A stretch of DNA of 63,541 bases, filler included, from Octopus bimaculoides (lineage: Eukaryota), in NCBI RefSeq assembly GCF_001194135.2. It is 8 parts of 6 records of this genome, joined end to end, with 100 filler letters (N's around TTAATTAATTAA, not from the genome) between each part and the next. Parts side by side here need not be neighbours in the genome. Positions count along the whole stretch, not along the records: positions 30,025 to 39,188 come from NC_069000.1; positions 39,289 to 43,179 come from NC_069003.1; positions 43,280 to 49,711 come from NC_068988.1; positions 49,812 to 56,308 come from NC_068986.1; 4 more parts are not named here. One strand, given 5' to 3'. Below, in pieces: positions 38,706-51,166 of the stretch; within the stretch, counting starts at the first letter, position 1, and each line of letters starts with the position of its first letter. The notes below the pieces were generated by a model that saw only the letters and a list, made by a program, of their open reading frames with translations, was not told the DNA's origin and did not search any database. Position numbers and translations under genes: made by a program.

Positions 38706-41700
38706 GCGCGGGAGTGGCTGAGTGGTAANNNNNNNNNNATAGATAGATAGATAGATAGGCGCGGGAGTGGCTGAGTGGTAAGTAGTTTGCTTACCAACCA
38801 CATGGTTCCGGGTTCACTCCCACTGGGGTGGCACCTTGCGCAAATGTCTTCTACTATAGCCTCGGGCCAACCAAAGCCTCGTAAGTGGATTTGGTAGACG
38901 GAAACTAAAAGAAGCCCGTCGTATATAATATATATATGTACATACTTACATGTATACGTATATTCATATGCATATGCACAAAACATTAAAAAAAAAATTG
39001 GAAGTACAAGGACATAGAATAAGGACTTTTTTGCAAGCAACGAAAGAAACAAATGGAAAACAAGACAAGCAGCACAAGGAACGACCCTTCATCAGTTGTC
39101 GGCTGTTTTTCTAATCCGTATTTCGAGCAATTCACAAGATACGCTTTCGATAAAACAGTTGCTCCCGCAAAGCAAATTAAATAAAAAANNNNNNNNNNNN
39201 NNNNNNNNNNNNNNNNNNNNNNNNNNNNNNNNTTAATTAATTAANNNNNNNNNNNNNNNNNNNNNNNNNNNNNNNNNNNNNNNNNNNNTGGTGGTGGTGG
39301 TGGTGGTGGTGTTAATGACATCAACAGTGGTGTTGGTGATGTTGTTGCCGTTGTTGTTGTTGTTGTTGTCGTTGTTGTTGTTGGTGGTGGTGATGGAGGA
39401 GGAGCAAGCGGTGTTATTATTGTTACTGTTACTGGTGATGTTGTATTGTTGTTGTTGATGTTGCTGTTGTTGTTGTTGTTGTTGATGTTGCTGTTGTTAT
39501 TCGTATTAATGGCGGCGAAGATGGTGGCGATGTTTTTGGTATAATTCTCGGTGAATGTGTTGGTACTGGTGCCGGTATCTTTCAAGGACTAGCAGAACTA
39601 CAAGGAATATTACGATTAAACAAATCCCTTAATAATGTCAGTTCCATGTAAATATTTCAATGTTTCTAAGACGTCGGGCTGGCAGAATCGTTAGCACGCC
39701 GGACCAAATGCTTGGCGGCCTTTCCTCCGTTTTTACGTTGTGAGTCCAAATTCCGCCGATGTCGACTTCATTTTTCATTCTTTCGGGGTCGATAAAATAA
39801 GTACCAGTTGAGCATTGGAGTCGATATAATCGATTTACTCCTCTCCTAAAATTGCCAGCCTTGTGGCATAATTTGAAACTAATATTCCCAGTCTTTCGTA
39901 AATGACGCTTCTAACCATTTTACGAACATAGAATCATCATTTTTAATTAATTTGTTAAAGCTGTCATAAAACAGTTCAGTGGACCATACGAATTTTCCAT
40001 TTGTAATTAATAAGTTAATATGCTATTTTTAGGGTACAGGTGGTTATGGACTCATAAACCGCAATGTTCCATCATATTCAAAGGAGTGTGTTCGTGGTCA
40101 CATTCGTGAAGTATTTGTCTCGGGTCTTTGGCTAAGAACAATGTGTAGCATTTTACTATTGAATACAAAGGCCGAAGACTTTAGATACATTCATCAAGGG
40201 CTTGACTCGTCGCTTGGAACGACTGTGCCATTTTCTATAATAAAACTATTATTCTATAATAAAACTATAATTTTTTGAGACATCACGGTTATATANNNNN
40301 NNNNNNNNNNNNNNNNNNNNNNNNNNNNNNNNNNNNNNNNNNNNNNNNNNNNNNNNNNNNNNNNNNNNNNNNNNNNNNNNNNNNNNNNNNNNNNNNNNNN
40401 NNNNNNNNNNNNNNNNNNNNNNNNNNNNNNNNNNNNNNNNNNNNNNNNNNNNNNNNNNNNNNNNNNNNNNNNNNNNNNNNNNNNNNNNNNNNNNNNNNNN
40501 NNNNNNNNNNNNNNNNNNNNNNNNNNNNNNNNNNNNNNNNNNNNNNNNNNNNNNNNNNNNNNNNNNNNNNNNNNNNNNNNNNNNNNNNNNNNNNNNNNNN
40601 NNNNNNNNNNNNNNNNNNNNNNNNNNNNNNNNNNNNNNNNNNNNNNNNNNNNNNNNNNNNNNNNNNNNNNNNNNNNNNNNNNNNNNNNNNNNNNNNNNNN
40701 NNNNNNNNNNNNNNNNNNNNATATATATATATATATATATACACATTCATACATATACACCTACACACACCAATCTCACATACGCACTCGTGCGAGAATA
40801 AATTCATTCGACCGGGTTACTGTCATTACTCCCCTTTTATTCAGCGTTCTTTTGCTATTTCGTCATGTTGAACCGTTAATCCCTACAAAAACTTTTATTT
40901 TCATTCTCTCTCTCTCTCTCTCTTTTTTTTTTTTTACCTCTTAATCCTTTCTTTTGATGAACGTAGACTCGAAACGTAAAAGACTTTTTCATTCTTCCCG
41001 AGCGTTAAACTAACACACCTGGTTGTTGTTCCTATACCTGTCTTCGTCTTTTGTTTTCTGTAAATTTGAACTATATATATATATATAGAGGAAGAAGAGA
41101 GAGAGAGACAGACAGACAAAGAGAGACTGAGAGATAAATTGATAGATAGATACAATATAACAGAAATATTTATCTGTATATATGTCTGTATATACATACA
41201 CACATATACACACAAACGCGCGCGTACACACACACACACATATAAATAGAAACGTACACAGCACACACATACATACACACACACATATCTTTTAGTAGAG
41301 TGGCATCAGTTCCTTTCGTACTTCAATCCTTGATTGACTTAATACAGGATTACTTCTGCCAGAAACCAATGTTACTGATACAAATTGATACAATTCTGTT
41401 AAAAGGAATTACATCTTACTTCTCTCCCTTTATATTCATACGTATATGAATACGTATGTATGTATATATATATACATATATATATATATACACACACACA
41501 TATATACATATATACATGCGTGTATGTGTATGTGTATGTGTGTGAGTGTGTGTGTGTGTGTGCATATGTTTGTGAGAGATACAGAGTATATATGAGTACA
41601 TAGAGCTTAGGTAATAGCGTGCAGAGGGCTGAAGATTGAATCTTCGGGCTAAAACCAAATAGTATGGAACTTTGAGTAAATTGATTGATAGCCAGATTTT

Positions 41701-42051
41701 TATAGAAGTGCATACAAACAATCTAACTGAATAATACTTTATATCGAATGTGTTTTCTTTTGACATATGTAACTAGCCTGCTCTGTCTGTCTGTCTCTCT
41801 TTTTCTTCATATATATACATATACACTTATATATATATATATATNNNNNNNNNNNNNNNNNNNNNNNNNNNNNNNNNNNNNNNNNNNNNNNNNNNNNNNN
41901 NNNNNNNNNNNNNNNNNNNNNNNNNNNNNNNNNNNNNNNNNNNNNNNNNNNNNNNNNNNNNNNNNNNNNNNNNNNNNNNNNNNNNNNNNNNNNNNNNNNN
42001 NNNNNNNNNNNNNNNNNNNNNNNNNNNNNNNNNNNNNNNNNNNNNNNNNNN

Positions 42052-42082
<31 letters not shown>

Positions 42083-42519
42083 TATATCATACGTGCATAA
42101 ATAGATATATAGACTGATAGACTGAGAGGTAGATAGATAGCTATCGAGTGCTTTCCAGTCCAGTATGGGAAGTGTCAATATTTCATTTATTAACGAGTAA
42201 ATAGCCGACAAACTTTGAGAAAATACAGAAATGCATTGAAACAATTCTTCTGATATTAGGTAGTACCTCATAAATAACAATATTATGTGTATGCGTGTGT
42301 GTGTATATATGTATGTATATATATATATCTGTGTGTGTATGTATGCATTCACAGATGCATATATACACGCATATGTGTGCGCACAAACATATGCCTCCAC
42401 ACGTTCACACAATTGACACATCTATATATCTATATATATTGTGAACGAGTTGGTGAAAGGCAATATGATCTTCGTTAAACGCTGTGTGGTGCTTCTTTGT
42501 GATAGTGTGTGTGTGTGTG

Positions 42520-42554
<35 letters not shown>

Positions 42555-43134
42555 TTCATTTGTGCTCAGGTAATCATGATTGATGTCTAGCTTGAAGGAG
42601 AAAAGTTGTAGATCTTCCTAGAATATCGTCTTACTTACTAGTATATAGAGGGTTTTCACCTGATACTTTATAAAACTAATGGCAAATCGCCATATCTAAT
42701 CTAGCATCCTTTTACTAGCTGATAGAGAGAGAGAAAGAGACAGAGTGGAGAAAGAGACGACGGTGAGAGGGAGAGAGATAAACTGAAATATAGTGAGGAA
42801 TTAGAGATGCGAGGAAAACAGAAACAAATTTATATCAAATATTCACTGACCATCAAGTTGTTTGCAATGCTGCACTTACATGGCCAAAAGCTATTTTAAC
42901 TGAAGTGCTGTTCTAACCACTTCGTTTAGTAGTCACATTTGTTTTTGATCTTCAAGATTGAAGAGCTACAATGTCTGAAGCAACCGCCCGCAGCGCCAGC
43001 TTCAACTTTGGTTTCTGTTACAGAGGGATTGCCTGTGTAAGCCATGACTGACTGAGAATTGGCACCAATGTTTATAAATATTTGCATATGCAGGTGTACA
43101 AATTTACTTAATTATAGTAGGATGTGAGTATGTG

Positions 43135-43179
<45 letters not shown>

Positions 43180-43296
43180 NNNNNNNNNNNNNNNNNNNNN
43201 NNNNNNNNNNNNNNNNNNNNNNNTTAATTAATTAANNNNNNNNNNNNNNNNNNNNNNNNNNNNNNNNNNNNNNNNNNNNTATATTTATATATATAT

Positions 43297-43537
43297 TCTT
43301 TTATTTGTTTCAATCATTTGACTGTGGCTATGCTGGAGCACCACCTTTAGTTGAACAAACCGACCCCAGAACTTATTCTTTGTAAGACTAGTATTTATTC
43401 TATCAGTCTCTTTGCTGAACCACTAAGTTACAGGGATGTAAACACACCAGCATCGGTTGTCAAGTGATGCTGGGGCGACAAACATAGACACACAAACATA
43501 TACACATGCATATACACACACGCACACACATATATAC

Positions 43538-43584
<47 letters not shown>

Positions 43585-43722
43585 GCTTCTTTCAGTTTCC
43601 GTCTTCCAAACTCACTCACAAGTGTTTGGTCACCAAGACACTTGCCCAAGGTGCCACACAGTGGGACTGAACCCAGAACCATGTGGTTGGTAAGCAAGCT
43701 ACTTACCACACAGCCATGCCTG
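43297..43722 (-). mobile_element. Family A SINE, near full length
   Basis: RC of the family A head, CORE, microsatellite and tail. Confidence 0.85.
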
Positions 43723-44360
43723 ATATACATATTTATATATATATATATTTACTCGCAGCTAAGCCCGGTTTCACCTGGCCAGTTTGGATGATGTGCCTGT
43801 AAAACCTGCTCTGTGTAAGCATTTATCTTGTTTAGGCACGCTTACATTTAAAAAACAATTTTAGAATGACTTTTTTCTGTCAAAACACTAAAAATAATTG
43901 ACCAACAAAAAAGAAAAAAAACCAAGATTCAACCAAATCAAAAAATAAAACCAGATACTAAATGAACAAAGATGAATCATCCCACTTCCATTGCATGTGC
44001 ACACGCGCACACACACACACACACATTCACATACCCTTCCTTTTACATACACACATATATTCGCACAGATTTGAAATGCTGTTTGATTTATTTTTTCATC
44101 ATCCCACTACCAAGTATGACATCACCCCTTACTTTCTCATTCATAAACAGAAGAGTATTATTATGGTAGATTATCCTGGTAACCATGGGAGCTATGAAAA
44201 AAATACAAGTCCAGCATCACCACTGGATCATTCTACACATCTGTGTAATTTTTCGTGCAATTCTAACCAGCTGTTTGACCGTGAATCCCAAGACAGGAAA
44301 GAATTGCCCACGTCAAATTTTATATGTATAAATATATATATATATATTTATGTAGATATC

Positions 44361-44394
<34 letters not shown>

Positions 44395-44443
44395 CATTTT
44401 CATATATACATATATATATATATTTACATATGTATTTATATAG

Positions 44444-46896
44444 GTAGTCAGAGTATGTGACAGAGTATTTAAGATTAGACTAGTGCTTCACCATAGGTTA
44501 GCTACTGTCATCTCGGCCTACGCCCCTCAACCGGGGCTACCGGATGGGCAGAAAGACCAATTCTATGACACCTTGTTTCAAACTACCTCATTGACGAATG
44601 ACAGGGACCTTCTCTTTGTGGCTGGTGATTTCAATGGTCATGTTGGACAACATGCAGGGGGCTTCCATGGCGTACATAGAGGCTATGGCTTCAGTTCCTG
44701 CAATGAGGAGGGAACCTGACTGCTGGAGTTCTGTGATGCAAACGGTCTTATGGTTTGCAATACCAACTTCAGGAAACCTGCCTGTCACCTAGTCACATAC
44801 CGTTCCGGCAGACACACTAGCCAAATCGGCTACATCCTCGCCAGAAATAGGGATAGAGGATGGTTTATAAATGCCAAAACTTTCCCAGGCAAATAATGTA
44901 CCCCTCAACACAGATTAGTAGTTAGCGACTTTGGGATCAAGGCTAAATGGATGCCCAGAAGTAGACCAGCTTGGAGGAGAAGGGTTTGGAAGCTTAAAGA
45001 TCCTACAAATGGACAGAGATTTAGAAATGTCTTACTTGAAGCATTTGACGAAATATAAGGGGATATAGCATCACACAACATGGAAGACAATTGGAGGTTT
45101 CTACGGGACAACCTGCTGAGAGCTACCGATCAGATCTGTGGCTGGTGCAAAGTCCCCTCTCGACCCAAAGTAATGTGGTGGTGGAACAATGTAGCTGACA
45201 GGGCTTTTAGACAAAAGAAACAGGCTTGAAAGGACTGGAAGAACGGGGGTAGCAGGGAATTGTATCAGACTGCCAGAAGGGAAGCTAGGAGACAGGTTTG
45301 CTTAGCCAGAGGGGGAGCAGAGAAGAAAAAATTTGCAAAAGTTCTGCGCCGTGAGGACCAAAGTATTGAAGTATTTTGTGTTGCAAGACAGTGTGTGAGA
45401 GAGAATTGTGATGTCATAGGAGAGAAATGTGTCCGCTTGGATGATAGTTCACTTGCACAAAATGAGGCTGCAAAGAGAGAGGTACGAATACACTACTATG
45501 AAAGGCTGCTTAATAAAGAGAATGAATGTGAGGAAGAGAGTCTGCCACATGTCGACCCAACAGAGGGACCAGCTATTCTAATTGACAGTACCTTGGTAGA
45601 TAAATCGATCAAGAGTATGATGACAGGGAAAACCCCCGGCCCATCAGAAATCACTGCAGAGATGCACAAAATATCTGGCAGTGTCAGCTATAGCCTAGTC
45701 ACCCATATAGTTAATCAGGTGATACACGAAGGAGTGTAGCAGCACCATAGTCAACTGCTACAAAGGTAAATGTGACGCTTTAGACACAAACAATTACAGA
45801 GGTATCAAGTTGTTGGACCAGGTAATGAAGGTCACCAAGAGGGTCACAGCCCAACAAATTAGGGAGAAAGTCAGTTTAGATGAGATGCAGTTTGGGTTTG
45901 TGTCAGGGAAAAGCACCACTGATGCTATATTTCTGGTAAGACAGCTGCAGGAGAAATACCTAGCCAAGGATAAACCTCTGTACCTGGCTTTCGTTGACAT
46001 GGAGAAAGCCTTTGACAGGGTCCCCCGATCCCTTATCTGGTGGTCAATGAGGAAGCTAGGGATAAATGAGGGTTTAGTGAGAGCTGTGCAAGCCATGTAC
46101 AGAGACGCTGTTAGTAAGGCGAGGGTTGGCAACGAGTACAGTGAAGAATTCCAGGTAGAGGTAGGGGTCCACCAAGGTTCAGTCCTCAGCCCCTTCCTAT
46201 TTATCATAGTCCTCCAGGCAATAACACAGGAATTCAAGATGGGATGCCCCAGGGAGCTCCTCTATGCTGATGACCTTGCCTAATTCCTGAGTCACTATCA
46301 GAACTAGAGGAGAAGTTTCAGGTGTGGAAACAAGGACTAGAATCGAAGGGCATTACAGTCAACCTAGCTAAAACCAAAGTCCTAATGATTAGGAAGGTAG
46401 ACAAAACACAAACCCCTTCAGGTAGATGGCCCTGCTCAATCTGTAGAAAAGGCATAAGTAGAAACTCCATAAGATGTACCCAGTGTAAGCTATGGACACA
46501 TAAGAGGTGCAGCAATATCAAAGGAAGGTTAACTAGCAAGATAGTTTTTGTATGTGGCAGATGCTCAGGAGCAATAAACACTGAAAATGTGCAGAAAACA
46601 ACCTTTGCCATACCCCAGGGAGGAAAACTAGAAGTAGTTGATAGCTTCCGCTATCTAGGTGACCAAGTTTGTAGCGGGGGAGGTTGCACTGAAAGTGTAG
46701 CTGCTAGAATAAGAATAGCCTGGGCAAAGTTTAGAGAGCTCTTACCTCTACTGGTGACAAAGGGCCTCTCACTCAGAGTAAAAGGCAGACTGTATGAAGC
46801 ATGTGTACGAACAGCCATGCTACATGGCAGTGAAACATGGGCCGTGACTGCTGAGGACATGCGTAAGCTCACAAGAAACGAAGCCAGTATGTTGCA
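44444..46896 (+). mobile_element. RTE-clade LINE ORF2 pseudogene (APE endonuclease, RT, PHD-like finger), truncated at both ends
   Basis: APE motifs SAYAPQ, AGDFNGHVG, NTNFRK. RT motifs NYRGI, QFGFVSGKSTTDAIF, FVDMEKAFDRVP, GVHQGSVLSPFLF, YADDL (46263-46277). Later FRYLG and AMLHGSETW. Multiple stops and frameshifts. Confidence 0.93.
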
Positions 46897-47161
46897 TTTT
46901 GACCCGAAGATTAGCTATATTTTTTAATAGAATTGATTTTCGATAGTTTTAATCGATTTAAATTTCTTTCTATTTGAAAATTGGTTATGAAACACATGTA
47001 GTCATTTTATTATCTTGATCTTATGATATTTACTTTGTATTATATTATACTTATTTATTGTGCTTTTAATTATAAATTTTTTCTATATGTGACAGTGGAT
47101 TTTCATCGATGAGTTCATAAACCTTGGTTCTTTTCCCTAAAACTATATGTATATATATATA

Positions 47162-47578
47162 TAAGATACAGAAATAAATTCATTTCTCAAATGCGTGATA
47201 ATGCTATAAATAGCGTGATCAGGATAAATTATCCATACATTGCAGAAAAATACGTTATCGGCCAGCCATGTGACTCGAACTCACATCTCTGTGATTACAC
47301 ATGAAGTGTTTTACCATTAAACTAAACTGCCCAGCAACGAATTCTTCTGCAATTTTAGAACTTATAAATTTAGCTTCATAAGACGCTAACGCTAAATTGA
47401 ACTTTACGATGAAGGTAAACAAACAAAGTTTGTTTTTGTTTTTTTTCTTTTAGAAGCGTTCAGATGTATTGTAAGATACAGAAATAAATTTATTTCTCAA
47501 ACGCATGATAATGCTATAAATAGCGTGATCAGGAGAAATTATCCATACATTGCAGAAAAATACGTTACTGGCCAGCCA
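47162..47578. repeat. Direct repeat of about 106 bp (47162-47268 and 47472-47578)
   Basis: TAAGATACAGAAATAAATT...GAAAAATACGTTA..GGCCAGCCA occurs twice, 310 bp apart; includes the 3' end and terminator of the tRNA-like sequence. Confidence 0.85.
47260..47332 (-). pseudogene. Degenerate tRNA-like sequence (position 34-36 reads TGT, Thr-like) with downstream T5
   Basis: RC GGGCAGTTTAGTTTAATGGTAAAACACTTCATGTGTAATCACAGAGATGTGAGTTCGAGTCACATGGCTGGCC. D-arm GTTT/AAAC, GTTCGA B box and a partly paired acceptor stem are present, but the anticodon stem is broken. TTTTT follows about 9 nt downstream. Confidence 0.45.
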
Positions 47579-47970
47579 TTTTGACTTAGAATTATTTACT
47601 AGCCTGTAAGGTCTGGCTAAGTCAAAATGTTTTTTTGTATTCTTCCTTTCTACTTGGGGAGTTTTGAATGTCGTTATAAAAATATTTCCTTCTGTTGAAA
47701 TGTAATTTCATTAAATTTCTATATCTTTGTGCAGCTGAGGATTGCTCTGCATTTTACATTTGATGTAATGTTTACATTGCTTAATTAAATGGAGTCGCAT
47801 GAAACGATCGTACTGCNNNNNNNNNNNNNNNNNNNNNNNNNNNNNNNNNNNNNNNNNNNNNNNNNNNNNNNNNNNNNNNNNNNNNNNNNNNNNNNNNNNN
47901 NNNNNNNNNNNNNNNNNNNNNNNNNNNNNNNNNNNNNNNNNNNNNNNNNNNNNNNNNNNNNNNATATATA

Positions 47971-49260
47971 TCAGGTCATCCCATAAGTTCTGTCCGAATT
48001 TTGAATAAAGAAAACAAGTGATCAAATGTTATATTTAATTGAAATTTAACCATCCATGTACTTTCTCTGATTATCTATGACTTCCTTCCATCAATTTACA
48101 AGCTTTTTAATCCCATCAATGTAAAACCCTTTGATTTCAAAGCAAAGAACTCTGAAATGTCAGTTTCGACCTTCTCCTGGTTTGCGAAAGTTATGTCCCC
48201 CAAATGATTCTGTAAACTACAGAACAAATGGTAGTCTGAAGGAGCAAGATTGGGAGAATAAGGTGGATGAGGAATTTTTTCCCAACCAAGCCCTTTGATC
48301 TTCTGTGATGTGATCTTTGCAGTGTGGATTTGTGCATTGTCCTGATGAAACATCACTCCTTTTCAATTCACTAAAGCAGGTCCTTTTTTCTTCAAAGTTT
48401 GGTGCAAACGCTCTAATTACTGACAGTACACTTGAGCACTGATTGTTGCATTAGGTGGTAACAATTCAAAGTGAATTACTCCTTTGCAATCCCACCAGAT
48501 AGGGAGAAGAACCTTTTTCCCATGAAGTTCCCTTCTCAGATGTGGTTGAGCTTTTTCCCTTTTACCAAGGCACTGTTTATGATGTTTAACATTTTGACAG
48601 AAGATCCATTTTTCGTCCCCAGTCATAAGTCTATCCAAAAAGAGTGAAATGAGTTCATGAGAAGGGAGAGAAGAGCAGAATTCAACTCGAGATTTGCAGT
48701 TGCTTTCAGACAATTCATGAGGCACCCATTTTCCAAGTTTAGGAACCTTTCCAAGTTGTTGAAGATGACGATGAACAGTTGTATGGTTTGAACTAAGCTT
48801 TATTGCCAATTCTTCAACTGATAATGATTTTCTTCAAGTAATGCCTCAAGGAGCTTATCATCAAACTCAACTGGACATCCTGTTCGATCTTCATCTTCAA
48901 GGCTGAAATCTCCACTTCTGAATTTTGCAAACTTTCTTCTGCAAGTTCTTTCATTCAAGCATTCTTTCCCATAAACTGAGAGTATGCTTCAAGTCGCTTT
49001 GGCTGCAGAATTTCCATTTTTGTACTCATAAAGCATTACGTGCCTCAAATGCTCTTTGGATACTTCCATGTTAGAAAGGGTTTTTCATCAAAGAAATTTT
49101 AATTCTATTATTCTGTAAAATAATATTTAATTAGTTTAAATGTGTAAGTGTAAAAATGCATAAAAATAATTTTTAATTCCATTAAATATTCTAAAATACT
49201 ATTAAATTTCATTCAATTTTAAAAAAGGTAAAATCAGACAGAACTTATGGGATGACCTGA
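47971..49260 (-). mobile_element. Full-length (1290 bp) defective mariner transposon, DD34D
   Basis: TIRs TCAGGTCATCCCATAAGTTCTGTC at both ends with TA flanks. The transposase starts at ATG 49069 (MEVSKEHLRH) and retains WVPHEL, TGDEKW, HQDNA and YSPNLAPSDY; D2-D3 spacing counted as 34. Stops and frameshifts present. Confidence 0.95.
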
Positions 49261-49326
49261 TATATGTATATATGTTTATATGTATATATGTACACATTGA
49301 AATATATATGTGCATATATATATATG

Positions 49327-49376
<50 letters not shown>

Positions 49377-49942
49377 TATTTATGTTATATATAGGTGCAA
49401 GCATGGCTGTTTGCTAAGAAGCATGCTTCCCAACCACATCGTTCTGGGTTCAGTCCCACTGCATGGCCCCTTGGCAAGTGTCTTCTACTATAGCTCTGGG
49501 CCAAACAAAGCCATGCCAGTGGATTTGGTTGAGGGAGACTGAAGGAAGCCTGTCCTATATATATATATATATATTAATGTGTGTGTATTTATGTCTGTGT
49601 TTGTTACCTCGCACCATCACTTAGAAACTGATGTTGGTGTGATTATGTCCCTGTAACTTAGTGGTTCAGCAGAAGATATCGAGAGATTAAGCACCAGGCT
49701 TACAAATAATANNNNNNNNNNNNNNNNNNNNNNNNNNNNNNNNNNNNNNNNNNNNTTAATTAATTAANNNNNNNNNNNNNNNNNNNNNNNNNNNNNNNNN
49801 NNNNNNNNNNNAGATGATAATGAAACAAGGAGAATATTTATCAAAAGACTTTGACTTGAATTCTAACAATTAAAAATGGTTTTACTAGCTCCATGTTGGA
49901 TTTGACCTCACCATGGGAACTGCTAGAATTATTAGCACACTC

Positions 49943-50338
49943 AGGCGGCGAGCTGGCAGAGTGGTTAGCACGCCGGGCGAAATGCTTAGCAGTATTTCGT
50001 CTGCCGCTACGTTCTGAGTTCAAATTCCACCGAGGTCAACTTTGCCTTTCATCCTTTCGAGGGTCGATAAATTAAGTACCAGTTATGCAGTGGAGTCGAT
50101 GTAATCAACTTAATCCCTTTGTCTGTCTTTGTCTGTCCCCTCCATGTTTAGCCCCTTGTGAGCAATAAAGAAATAAGAAACGTTAGAACGCCGGGCGAAA
50201 TGCTTAGCGGTATTTCGTCTGTCTTTACTTTCTGAGTTCAAATTCCATCAATAAAACAGTACCAGTCATTTACTGGTGTTGATGCAATTGACTTCCCCTT
50301 CCTCTCAAAATATGATGGCTCTGTCAAGATTGGAAACC
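49943..50338 (+). mobile_element. Family B SINE dimer, right monomer internally deleted
   Basis: Junction GAGCAATAAAGAAATAAGAAACGTTAGAACGCC at about 50160-50192. Confidence 0.85.
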
Positions 50339-50360
50339 TTTATTATTATTATCATCATCA

Positions 50361-50395
<35 letters not shown>

Positions 50396-50739
50396 TTATG
50401 TTTGACTTTTGTTTTGCATTTGTACAAGTTGGCTCCAAGTCTCACCCAGAGACCTCAAGAGACAACAAGTAAGAAGTTCATGTTGGTGTTATGCCTAGGG
50501 TGCCATATATCTAGTCTTGTACATAGCGTTGTTCTACAGAATGTTTAAGAAACCTTAAGAAAATAATGAGTTTGTTTTAAAATTTGAGATCACATAGACA
50601 GTATTTTGCGTAGGATATGGGCAGTTCCCATGAGCACTATCTTTTGAATTTCTGTCATTTTGGGGTTTCCTGGTATCTGAGCTAGGTAGCAATCAGCCCC
50701 CTTTTGCTATCATTCCTCGGACACCTATAACAACAGGTA

Positions 50740-50778
<39 letters not shown>

Positions 50779-50779
50779 G

Positions 50780-50995
50780 AAAGTGGTGAGCTGGCAGAAG
50801 TGTTAGCATGTCAGGTGAAATGCTTAGCGATATTTCGTCTGCCACTATGTTCTGAGTTCAAATTCTGCTGAGGTTGACCTTGCTTTTCATTCTTTCAGGG
50901 TTGATAAATTAAATACCAGTTGCATACTGGTGTCGATGTAATTGACACATCCCCTCCCCCAAAATGGCTGCCCTTGTGGCAAAATTTGAAACCGT
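50780..50995 (+). mobile_element. Family B SINE monomer between (TTA)n tracts; other copies at about 4160-4368 (-), 5693-5910 (-), 5935-6142 (-), 12745-12905, 32915-33120 (-), 39675-39880, 55493-55672, 62650-62860 (-)
   Basis: Shared GAGCTGGCAGAA..GTTAGCA, TTCTGAGTTCAAAT and Nin-like segments. Confidence 0.85.
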
Positions 50996-51009
50996 TATTA
51001 TTATTATTA

Positions 51010-51065
<56 letters not shown>

Positions 51066-51069
51066 TCAG

Positions 51070-51166
51070 GGAGTATCTTTCAAGGTTGAATCTGGCAATG
51101 TGATAGCATTAGTAGGGCCATCTGGTGGTGGGAAATCTACAATCGTGAATCTTATTGAACGATTTT
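51070..51166 (+). CDS. ABCB-family ABC transporter NBD exon with Walker A (3' end lost in N gap)
   Basis: Acceptor tttcag|GGA, phase 0. Encodes [32 protein letters not shown] (Walker [10 protein letters not shown]). Runs into the gap at 51167, where the expected YDP..G.I.. continuation would lie. Confidence 0.93.

Noticed and set aside
38655-38790. Tandem duplication of (GATA)n plus a SINE head
   Set aside because: The two copies flank a tiny N gap; most likely an unmerged contig overlap.
39060-39188. Minus-strand CUGAUGA and GAAA motifs as a hammerhead
   Set aside because: The motif order and spacing give no stem II or stem I.
40033-40278. Stop-free + frame of about 80 codons after ttttag
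   Set aside because: No recognisable ABCB or other motif and no convincing donor identified.
42914-43075. Short minus-strand frame MQIFINIGANSQSVMAYTGNPSV...
   Set aside because: About 53 codons with no recognisable homology; cannot be supported.
43749-43790. Helitron-like 5' end (TACTCGCAGCTAAGCCCGGTTTCACC)
   Set aside because: No matching 3' end found, so not listed as a feature.
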